Origin: an uncultured Alphaproteobacteria bacterium
GTDB taxonomy: Bacteria; Pseudomonadota; Alphaproteobacteria; UBA8366
Length of the DNA: 64,000 bases
NCBI GenBank assembly: GCA_963711215.1
Contig: CAVQDH010000002.1
Location: 982,134-1,046,133 of the forward strand
Direction of reading: 5' to 3'
The notes below the pieces were generated by a model. That model did not search any database, was not told the origin of the DNA, and was given only the letters and a program-made list of their open reading frames with translations. Each line of letters starts with the position of its first letter. Within the stretch, counting starts at the first letter, position 1. Shown piece by piece: positions 38,541-49,326 of the stretch. A program made the translations under genes and the position numbers.

Positions 38541-39685
38541 CTATTTGCGGATTTTCGCGCCTTTGATGCTCGACGTTGTAGCGAACCTTGACATAGTTCG
38601 CGAGCCACTTCGCCGCCGCGGGCGACAGCGTCGTGCCATCGTCACGAATGCGGATCGCGGCGTCACTCATGATGTTCTTGTACGAGCCGAAGATCTTCTG
38701 GCCCTTCGGGTCCTTCATGACCTCGGTATAGACCTTCTTCGCCGCACTACGCCATGCCTCGACGACGTCCTTCGGCGTACCCGACGATCAGGTTCCAGGA
38801 CTTCGAGAGCGGGACGCTGACCGCCATGAGCGACCGCCAGGCCTCATAGGCCGGGCCCGAGGGGGCTTTGCCGTACACCGCCTTGTAGTATTCGGGCACG
38901 GTCGGGACATCCGGCAGCGCCGGGTCGCGGTCGATGCCGCCCTCTTCGTTGACCACGCCGAAAGTGAACAGCGGAACGGCTACGCCGGTCTTGATCATGT
39001 AGGTCCGATTATTCAAGTATGACAAGGTGTTGTCATAGTTGACCGTGAATTCGCCACGCTCGAACCCGAGCGCCATCGGCCCGTTTCCGCCGAGACCCCA
39101 GACGCTGTTCACCTCGACGCCGAGCAGGCTGAGCGCAACGCGAAGCGCCAGGCCGCCGGACGTGGGCGTCTTGCCGCCGAAGCTCAGCTTTTCCGGCGGA
39201 TAGCTGGCGAGCTTCTTGATCTTGGCCTTCAGCGTCTTTTCGTTCTGGATGCCGAGATTGTTGCGGACGTAGCAGGTAATGCCGCGCGGCGACAGGATGA
39301 TCGGAATGAAATCCGCCATGTCGAACTTTGCGCGCGGGTCGCCGAGCATGTAGTTCGACTGGCTCGACGTGGACAGCGCGAGAATCATCGTCCCGTCCTT
39401 CGTCGCCTTGTCGGCGAAATAGTTGACGCCGGTCAGGCCGCCGCCGCCCGGCTTGTTGATGATGAGGATCTTCGGGTGCCCCGGGAGATACTTTTCGAAG
39501 TAGGGCGCCATGAAGCGGCTGTAGCTATCCGTCCCTCCGCCTTCGCTGAAGGGAACGATGATGTTGATCCGCTTGCCGGAGAAATCCGCCGCCTTTGCAT
39601 CAGTGCTGGCGAACGCTGTGAGCGCGAGCAGTGTTGCGGAAGCGGCAAGCACTACGGTGCGGCCGAGGTTTCGTGGGTCGATCAT
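38541..39685 (-). pseudogene. tctC: Bug/TctC-family substrate-binding protein, copy 2, frameshifted
   Basis: MIDPRNLGRTVVLAAS...KRINIIVPFSEGGGTDSYSRFMAPYFEKYLPGHPKILIINKPGGGGLTG is colinear with copy 1. An extra base near 38778 breaks LIVG/TPKDVVEAWRSAAKK. A probable second extra base near 38568 would otherwise give YNVEIKGAKIRK-stop at 38541-38543. As sequenced, the last piece reads on to 38416. Confidence 0.7.
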
Positions 39686-40028
39686 TATCGTTCCGTGCCT
39701 CCTTGTACGTTTCCGTTTCGTCTCGCCGATGGTCATTGTCGTGAGGTATCACGCGCGTCGCCCGTATTCGGGCTCTCATCGACTAAAACAGCCGTATCGA
39801 TATTGGCGTAAAGCTACTCGCTGGCCCGATGCAGAGGCAACCCTGGTCGACGGAAATGATTAAAAATACATCTAATACGGGAAAAATAATCGGTAATATA
39901 CGATTACGATTAGTGATCTTTTTCATGGAAATAGGCGGTTTTCCGATCGGCCCTCGCTTAACTCGTTTTCCGCGCGGCGGAACACTTTGCCCGTAAGCTC
40001 ACCCATCCCATCCAGGAAAGGCGTCTCC

Positions 40029-40985
40029 ATGTCCGATTTGCCGCGGAAGATCGACATCCAAGAAGAAGGACCGCGCGAGGGGTTCCAGTTCGAAAAAGGG
40101 CCGATCCCGACCTCGCGCAAGATCGAGCTGATCGATGCCTTGTCCGACACCGGCCTGCGGGAGATCCAGGTCGGCTCCTACGTCAATCCGAAGCGGGTGC
40201 CCGGCTGGGCGGATGTCGAGCAGGTCGTGGAGGGCATCCACCGCAAGCCGGATATCCGCTACACGGTCCTTTGGCTGAACGAGCGCGGCCTGGAACGGGC
40301 GCTCCAGGCGAAGGGGATTTTCCTCAAGGGGTCGATCGGCACATCTGCGTCCGAAACATTCTTGAAGCTGAACCAGAACCGCGGGTTCGAGGAGAACATC
40401 AAGGTCCAGCACAACCAGGTCGCCGCCTACAAGCAGCACGGCATCAAGTATTTCCGCGGCTCGATGATGGCTGCCTTCGGCTGCAACTTCGAAGGCGACA
40501 TCCCCATCTCGCGGGTCCTCGAGCAGGCCGAGGTGGTCCACCGCATCGCTGAGGAGAACGATGTCGAGCTGGATATCCTGTCGCTCGCCGACACCATGGC
40601 CTGGGCGACGCCGGAATCGATCAAGCGCGTGGTGGGCGCGGTGCGCGAGCGCTGGCCGGATCTGAGGATCACGCTGCATCTGCACGATACCCGCGGCCTC
40701 GGCTGCGCCAACGCTTATGCCGGGCTGGAGATGGGCGTCGACAGCTTCGATTCCAGCGTCGCCGGTCTCGGCGGCTGCCCGTTCGCCGGCCACAAGGGGG
40801 CGGCGGGCAACATCTGCACCGAGGATCTCGCCTTCATGTGCGCCGAGATGGGCATCGACACGGGCGTCGACCTGGAGCGGCTGCTCGAGGCGGCCCGGCT
40901 GGCCGAGGATATCGTCGGCCACGATCTGCCGGGCAAGGTCAAGTGGGGCGGTAGCCTGAGCGCGCTCCGCGCCAAGCTTCACTGA
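40029..40985 (+). CDS. HMG-CoA-lyase-like (HMGL/DRE-TIM aldolase family) protein
   Basis: ATG 40029 gives MSDLPRKIDIQEEGPREGFQFEKGPIPTSRKIELIDALSDTGLREIQVGSYVNPKRVP...ITLHLHDTRGLGCANAYAGLEMGVDSFDSSVAGLGGCPFAGHKGAAGNICTEDL. The frame is intact. Confidence 0.8.
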   Translation: MSDLPRKIDIQEEGPREGFQFEKGPIPTSRKIELIDALSDTGLREIQVGSYVNPKRVPGWADVEQVVEGIHRKPDIRYTVLWLNERGLERALQAKGIFLKGSIGTSASETFLKLNQNRGFEENIKVQHNQVAAYKQHGIKYFRGSMMAAFGCNFEGDIPISRVLEQAEVVHRIAEENDVELDILSLADTMAWATPESIKRVVGAVRERWPDLRITLHLHDTRGLGCANAYAGLEMGVDSFDSSVAGLGGCPFAGHKGAAGNICTEDLAFMCAEMGIDTGVDLERLLEAARLAEDIVGHDLPGKVKWGGSLSALRAKLH

Positions 40986-41026
40986 TCTGGCGGCGTCCGC
41001 CGCGCTCCAATTCCCGGACAAAACGC

Positions 41027-41064
41027 ACGGCCGCGCTGTGACAGGCGCGGCCGTTGCCTTTTTC
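41027..41064 (+). terminator. rho-independent terminator after the lyase-like gene
   Basis: Perfect 10-bp stem ACGGCCGCGC / GCGCGGCCGT with an 8-nt loop, followed by TGCCTTTTTCT. Confidence 0.6.
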
Positions 41065-41168
41065 TGTCTTTGTCCGTCGCGGCACAATAAAACACTTAGA
41101 AAAATCGGCGAAATCGATCACTATGGACGGGAAAAGCCAAAAAAATCGCCTTATAGGGAGGAAATATC

Positions 41169-42251
41169 ATGGACAGCTGGACTGGCCCAATCGGCCGTCG
41201 GGCCCTGCTGCAGGGCGGCGTCGCGGCAATCGGCGGCGCCGCGCTCGCCTCGACGCCGCTCCGCCGCGCCTTTGCCGATACGTTTCCATCATCGAATCTG
41301 AAGATGATGGTGGCGACCCGCGAAGGCGGCGGTGCGGACCGTAACCTTCGCGCCTTCTGGAGCGTCTGGAAGAAATATCTCAAGACCGAGATGGAAGCAT
41401 CCTTCTATCCGGGCGGCGCCGGCCGGGTGGGCTATGAGAAGTACATGGGCATCGCCAAGCCGGACTGCTACACGCTCTTGTTCGGCAACATGGGCCCGGA
41501 AGTGCTGAACTGGGTGGTGAAGCCGCCGGCGGATTTCAAGTTTCCGGGCGATTACAGCTATTTCAATCAGGTCGACGTCGACCCGAGCTGCATCTTCATC
41601 GATGCGAAGAAGAGTCCCTTCAAATCGATCGACGACATCGTCGCCGAAGGCAAGAAGCGCACGCTGAACGTCGCCTGCAGCCGCATCGCTCACCCGGCCT
41701 CGCTCGGCGTGCTGGCGCTCGGCCGCCATACCGGTGCGAAGTTCAACCTGGTGCCGCTGTCCGGCGGGCGCAACACCTATGCCGGCGTATCCTCGGGCGA
41801 GATGGATATCGGCGCGCTGCCCTTGTCCGGCATTGCTGCGCGTCACAAGACCTTCCGCGCCACGCTCATCTTCGACGATGAGACCTACAGCAAGGAGCTG
41901 ATGGCGCAGCTCTACAACGCGCCCTTCGCGAACAAACATTTCGGCATGAAGCTGCCGCCGCTGGTGTCCGCCCGCGCATTCGCGATCAAGACCGCGGCGA
42001 TCAAGAAATATCCCGACCGCTTCAAAATTCTCCAGGAGACCGCCAAGAAGGCGGCCGCCGATCCGGCGCTGAAGGTGGCCATCGAGAAGACCAAGGCGCC
42101 GACCGAATTGCTGCATTACGGCGATCAGGCGCGATGCGCCAAATACGCCGAGGAGATCATGGCGATCGGCGAAGAGTACAAGGCGCTTCTGAAGCGGCAA
42201 GGCCTGACCGCAGTCGGATCGCGGCCCGCGACCGGGTGGCGGCGGGGATAG
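41169..42251 (+). CDS. tctC: Bug/TctC-family substrate-binding protein with twin-arginine signal (system 3)
   Basis: Intact 360-aa ORF. The Tat-like signal is GRRALLQGGVAAIGGAALASTPLRRAFA, followed by MVATREGGGADRNLRAFW. It is much more diverged from copies 1 and 2. Confidence 0.7.
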   Translation: MDSWTGPIGRRALLQGGVAAIGGAALASTPLRRAFADTFPSSNLKMMVATREGGGADRNLRAFWSVWKKYLKTEMEASFYPGGAGRVGYEKYMGIAKPDCYTLLFGNMGPEVLNWVVKPPADFKFPGDYSYFNQVDVDPSCIFIDAKKSPFKSIDDIVAEGKKRTLNVACSRIAHPASLGVLALGRHTGAKFNLVPLSGGRNTYAGVSSGEMDIGALPLSGIAARHKTFRATLIFDDETYSKELMAQLYNAPFANKHFGMKLPPLVSARAFAIKTAAIKKYPDRFKILQETAKKAAADPALKVAIEKTKAPTELLHYGDQARCAKYAEEIMAIGEEYKALLKRQGLTAVGSRPATGWRRG

Positions 42252-42335
42252 GCCCGCACCATCCGGCGGCCACGCCGCGCCGATTCGGAAACGTCGCGAT
42301 TTAAGCGACCCGCATGACAAAAGAAGAAGGGGCAG

Positions 42336-42874
42336 ATGTCGAGCGAACCGGAGTCCCAAAGCGGCGAAAAGCCGCCCATCGGCGGCGAGCTGATCATCCC
42401 GGCCGCCGCGATCCTATTCACCCTCTACTATTTCTATTCGATCATCGGCGCGCCATGGACGGCGCAGGTCAGCGCCTTCTTCAACGGGTCGATCCTGCTT
42501 GCCCTCTGCGCGATCCTTATCGTCACCACGGTGGTCAAGGTGGCGCGGCGGCAGGCCAGTCTCCGCTTCGATACCCTGGTCGAGCCGATCGGCATCCTGC
42601 CGAAGCGCATCTTTCTGTTCCTGCTCACGCTCGGCTATATCGCCTGTCTCGACTGGGCCGGGTTTACCATCACGACCTTCGTCTTTCTCGCGCTTGCCAT
42701 GATGCTTTTGTCGGGGCGGGAACGGAAGAACAAGCGTCTCATCCTCATTCTATCGGGCGCGCTCGCGATCGGCGGCTATCTGCTGTTCGTCGTCGCCTTC
42801 GAGCGGCAATTCCCGGAAGGCCCGTTCGAGCACGCGGTCACCGCGATGATCGAAAGCGCTGGGAGGAAGCTGAC

Positions 42875-42890
<16 letters not shown>
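42336..42890 (+). CDS. tctB: TctB-family small permease (system 3)
   Basis: Intact 184-aa ORF with four hydrophobic segments. It sits between tctC and tctA, and its 3' end overlaps the tctA start by 16 nt. Confidence 0.7.
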
Positions 42891-45444
<2,554 letters not shown>

Positions 45445-45634
45445 GACCAACACCAACACGTCATTCGCCAATTCAATCGGCGAATCCATGGCACGTCGCC
45501 GTGCGCCGCAATGGTCCGGCCGAGGAAGGTGCCGATGCTATCTTGTCGCCATCGCGCCGGCCTATCGGGCATGCCGTGGACAACCCGGTCAAGCCGAGTT
45601 GTGACCGTTAATATTCCATTTCGACAGCTTATAC

Positions 45635-47044
45635 TCACCCCTTCGCCAGCAGCTTCGGAATGACCATCGCGTCCTTGAGGTCTTCCATGTTGAGGATGGC
45701 CTCCTTGAGCGCCGTGATCTGCTTCTTCGGCAGCGCGTGCTTCGCCAGCTTCTCGAACTTCTCGACCACGTCCGCTTCGGAGGCGAATTTTTTCTCGCTG
45801 CCGCGCGCGGCCTCGCAGGTCTCCTCCAGATGCGTGCCGTCCTTGAGGAAGGTCTCGACCCGGACGAGGTGGCGGTAGGCCGAGCCCTTCGCCGTGATCG
45901 CGGCGTCGTGCTGGGTCTCGACCTTGTCGGCAAAGGCGATGCGCTTCTTGTCGGTGACGCAGTCCTCGGTGAACTGCTCGACGAAGCAGTCGCCCTCCAG
46001 CATGTAGGTGGCGACGCAGAAGGGCAGGTTGAGCTGCGCCGAGGTCAGGCCCTCCGGCTTGTACTTCCAGCCGACGTGGTCGACGGTGACCTGCGAGCCA
46101 TGCACGACGAACTTCTCCACGTCCTTCGCGCCGAAGGGGTGGCGCGCCTGCATCGCGCGGATCGCGTCGAGCGTCGTGTGGTTGCTGCCGACGCAGGAAT
46201 AGAACTTCAGCGCGATGCCCATGGTCTCGAAGCGCTTGCCGAGGTCCTTGGTCAGTTCCTTCAAATTGAAACGGTCCTGCGAGCGCGAGAAGGTGGTGCA
46301 GAAGCCGCCGTATTCGCTCTCCAGCACGTCGATGATCCCGGTGAAGCCGTTCGCCGCCAGCAGCGCGCCGTAGAGCCCGCTCTGCGAGGCGCGGCCGGCA
46401 TGCATGCGCTTGACCATGGCGCCGTACTGCGCCGCCATCAGGCCGGCCGCCTGCGTGCCGCCGATGCCGAGCGCGTGCACCGTCTTTTCCGCCGACAGGC
46501 CGAGGCCGGCCGCCGCGCCCGCCGCGGCGGAGAAGACGCCGAGTGTCGCCCCGGAATGCCAGCCCTGGCCGATATGCTCCTGGCCCATGCAGATGCCGAC
46601 GCGGGGCCCGATCTCATAACCCGCGACCGCGGCGGTCAGGAAGTCCTTGCCGCTCAGCTTCCGCTTCTTCATCTCGGTCACGGCGATCAGCGCCGGCAGG
46701 GTCACGGCGCCGACATGCAGCACGCCCTTGCGGTGCACATCGTCCAGCTCGAAGCCCTGCACCATGGTGCCGTTGACCAGCGCCGCGTGCGGCGCCGACA
46801 GGCGCTTCTTCATGCCCCAGAGGCGGGACCCCTTGTCGCCGGTGCGGTCGACGGCCTCCAATGTCTTCAGCAGGATCTTGGTCCATTCCAGCTGGGTGCC
46901 ATAGAGGGCGCAGCCGAGCGAATCGAGGATCAGCAGCTTGATCCGCTGGCGCACGTCTTCCGGGATGGCGTCGTATTTGAGGCCGGCGACGAAATTCGCC
47001 AGGGCCTGGGTATAGGGGTTCTCTCTCACACCGTCGTGCGCCAT
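45635..47044 (-). CDS. MmgE/PrpD-family protein, paralog 3
   Basis: Intact 469-aa ORF: ALANFVAGLKYDAIPEDVRQRIKLLILDSLGCALYG...GWHSGATLGVFSAAAGA...KFYSCVGSNHTTLDA. Confidence 0.8.
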   Translation of the reverse strand: MAHDGVRENPYTQALANFVAGLKYDAIPEDVRQRIKLLILDSLGCALYGTQLEWTKILLKTLEAVDRTGDKGSRLWGMKKRLSAPHAALVNGTMVQGFELDDVHRKGVLHVGAVTLPALIAVTEMKKRKLSGKDFLTAAVAGYEIGPRVGICMGQEHIGQGWHSGATLGVFSAAAGAAAGLGLSAEKTVHALGIGGTQAAGLMAAQYGAMVKRMHAGRASQSGLYGALLAANGFTGIIDVLESEYGGFCTTFSRSQDRFNLKELTKDLGKRFETMGIALKFYSCVGSNHTTLDAIRAMQARHPFGAKDVEKFVVHGSQVTVDHVGWKYKPEGLTSAQLNLPFCVATYMLEGDCFVEQFTEDCVTDKKRIAFADKVETQHDAAITAKGSAYRHLVRVETFLKDGTHLEETCEAARGSEKKFASEADVVEKFEKLAKHALPKKQITALKEAILNMEDLKDAMVIPKLLAKG

Positions 47045-47084
47045 GCAGGCCTCCCGTGATTTGCGGATGCTGGATCGAGGATCG

Positions 47085-47102
47085 TAATCTGCCCCGAGAT
47101 TA
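47085..47102. promoter_or_regulatory. 18-bp palindrome TAATCT-N6-AGATTA in an 84-bp divergent promoter region
   Basis: Read directly as TAATCTGCCCCGAGATTA. It is centred between the PrpD paralog 3 start (47044, minus strand) and the flavoprotein start (47129, plus strand). Confidence 0.35.
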
Positions 47103-47128
47103 GCATGAGATCAAATGGAGCGCAGGCA

Positions 47129-48592
47129 ATGGCCGAGACGCATCGGTACGATGTCGTCGTCGTGGGCTGCGGGGTGGCGGGATTGTCCGCGGCCGTGGCG
47201 GCCCAGGAATGCGGGGCGCGGGTGGCGGTGCTGGAGCGCGCCCCGGTGGAGGAACGCGGCGGCAATACCCGGTACACCACGGCGGCGATCCGCATGGCGA
47301 GCGAGACCGAGGTCTCGCCCGACTTCGAGGACCAGTTCGCGCGCAATGCCGGCTATCACCTGGACCCCGCGCTCGTGGCCGGCGCGGCCGACGACTACGC
47401 CAACTGGCCGGGGATCCTGAAGACGCTGTCCTTCGCCGACCCGGAGCTCGTCTCGACCTTCGCGGCCAGCGCGCCCGCGACCATTGCCTGGCTCAAGCGA
47501 CAGGGCGTGCGCTTCGGGCAGATCGGCTACTACGGGCTGACGCCGCGCTCCTCGCCACGCATCTCGATCAGCGGCGGCGGGCTGGCGCTGGTCGAGGCGA
47601 TGGCGCCGCTGGCCGAGCAGCGCGGCGCGCAATTCCACTACGAGACGACGGCGCAGGCGCTGATCCTCGACGAGGACGGGCGCGTGGCGGGGTTGAAGGC
47701 GGCCGGCAAGGGCAACCGCACGGTGCGCTTCATGGCCAAGGCGGTGGTGCTTGCCTGCGGCGGCTTCGAGGGCAACCCGGAGATGGTGGCGCATTATCTC
47801 GGCGAGAGCGGGCGCTACCTTCGCCCCGTGGCGCGCGGCGGCTATTACAACAAGGGCGAGGGCATCCGCATGGCGCTCGCCATCGGCGCCGCGCCGTCGG
47901 GCGACTACAGCGAGTACCACGCCCAGCCGATCGACCCGCGCTCCGGCGCGACCGAGCCGCTGGTGATGATCTTCACCCAGGGCATCCTGGTGAACCGGCT
48001 GGGCCTGCGCTTCATCGACGAGGCGCCCGGCTCGATCGACGCGCATTACGAGGACATCACCCGCGTCATCCGCAAGCAGCCCGGCGGCACCGCCTGGTGC
48101 ATCCTGGATGCGCGGGTGGACGAGATCGAGAATTGGCAGCGCTGCATCCGTACCGATCAGCCTCCGGTGGAAGCCGCGACACTGGATGCCCTGGCGGCGG
48201 CGACCGACGTGCCGGCAGATGCGCTGAAAGCGACCGTGGAGGCCTACAACGCCGCCTGCGTCGATGGAAAATTCGATCCGCATGCGATCGACGGCCTGGC
48301 CACGCGCGGCCTCACCCCGCCGAAGTCCAACTGGGCGCGGCCGATCGCCAAGCCGCCCTTCCGGGCCTATCCGATCATCTCGTCCAACACGTTCACCTTC
48401 GGCGGGCTCAAGGTCACGCCGAACGCCGAGGTGGTGAACACCAGCGGCGAGGTCATCCCCGGTCTCTATGCGGCGGGGGAGACCATCGGCCTCTACTACG
48501 GCCGCTATCCCGGCGCGACCTCGGTGCTGCGCGGCGCGGTGTTCGGCCGCATCGCCGGCATGCATGCCGGCGGCGCGAACATGGAACGCTAG
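47129..48592 (+). CDS. TcuA-like FAD-dependent dehydrogenase (tricarballylate dehydrogenase family)
   Basis: ATG 47129 lies 8 nt after GGAG. MAETHRYDVVVVGCGVAGLSAAVAAQECGARVAVLERAPVEERGGNTRYTTAAIRM resembles the TcuA N-terminus. The C-terminal flavoprotein motif is GLYAAGETIG. No tcuB-like partner is seen. The stop overlaps the convergent crotonase stop in the palindrome CTAG. Confidence 0.7.
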   Translation: MAETHRYDVVVVGCGVAGLSAAVAAQECGARVAVLERAPVEERGGNTRYTTAAIRMASETEVSPDFEDQFARNAGYHLDPALVAGAADDYANWPGILKTLSFADPELVSTFAASAPATIAWLKRQGVRFGQIGYYGLTPRSSPRISISGGGLALVEAMAPLAEQRGAQFHYETTAQALILDEDGRVAGLKAAGKGNRTVRFMAKAVVLACGGFEGNPEMVAHYLGESGRYLRPVARGGYYNKGEGIRMALAIGAAPSGDYSEYHAQPIDPRSGATEPLVMIFTQGILVNRLGLRFIDEAPGSIDAHYEDITRVIRKQPGGTAWCILDARVDEIENWQRCIRTDQPPVEAATLDALAAATDVPADALKATVEAYNAACVDGKFDPHAIDGLATRGLTPPKSNWARPIAKPPFRAYPIISSNTFTFGGLKVTPNAEVVNTSGEVIPGLYAAGETIGLYYGRYPGATSVLRGAVFGRIAGMHAGGANMER

Positions 48593-49314
48593 CCGATCCG
48601 GCGCGACCGCACGGTGGAGAGCGTGTAGCCGGCGAGGTCGGACATGATGTCCGGATGGAGCTGCGGCCCGGTCCATTGGAAACGCTTCACCGTCTTGATG
48701 TCGACGGGATCGTAGGCCGCGAGGCGCTCGAGCAATCCTTCGACGGCCTTCTCCAATTGGTCGGGCGGAAAGACGCGGCTCACAAGTCCCGATGCCAGCG
48801 CCGTCTCCGCGTCGATCTCTTCGCGCGAATAGACCATGTCGATGACCGTCTTCGACGCGACCTTGCCAAGCGCCGCCATGGCGAGGGTCGGCGCGGTGCC
48901 GTGCGCCATCTCGGGCAGCGCGAAGCGCGCCGCCGTCGATGCGTAGGCGACGTCCGACCCGCCGACCAGCGCGCAGCCGAAGCCCAGCGCCTTGCCGTGC
49001 ACCACGCTGATGATCGGCACCGGGCAGTTGCGGAAGGCGGCGTAGACGGCGAGGATCTTGCCCATCGCCCGGTTGTGCATGTCGAAGGCGTTCTTCGGCG
49101 GCCCGCCGGGCAGCTTCTGCTCGCGGCCGTGACAGAAATCCTTGCCATTGCCGCGCAGCACGATGGCGCAGGTCTTGTCGTCGCGGCCGAGCTCGTTCGC
49201 CGTGTCGGTCAGGAGCTCCTGCATCCTCATGCTCATCAGGTTCCCCTTGCGGGGCCGGTTGAACGTGACGTGGACGACGCGTCCCTTTCTTTGCACCAAG
49301 ATTTCCTTGGCCAT
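48589..49314 (-). CDS. enoyl-CoA hydratase/isomerase (crotonase) family protein
   Basis: Intact 241-aa ORF: VHVTFNRPRKGNLMS...AIVLRGNGKDFCHG...PIISVVHGKALGFGCALVGGSDVAYAS. It is the last gene of the Mo-hydroxylase operon. Confidence 0.75.
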   Translation of the reverse strand: MAKEILVQRKGRVVHVTFNRPRKGNLMSMRMQELLTDTANELGRDDKTCAIVLRGNGKDFCHGREQKLPGGPPKNAFDMHNRAMGKILAVYAAFRNCPVPIISVVHGKALGFGCALVGGSDVAYASTAARFALPEMAHGTAPTLAMAALGKVASKTVIDMVYSREEIDAETALASGLVSRVFPPDQLEKAVEGLLERLAAYDPVDIKTVKRFQWTGPQLHPDIMSDLAGYTLSTVRSRRIG

Positions 49315-49326
49315 CAGGCCCTCCCT

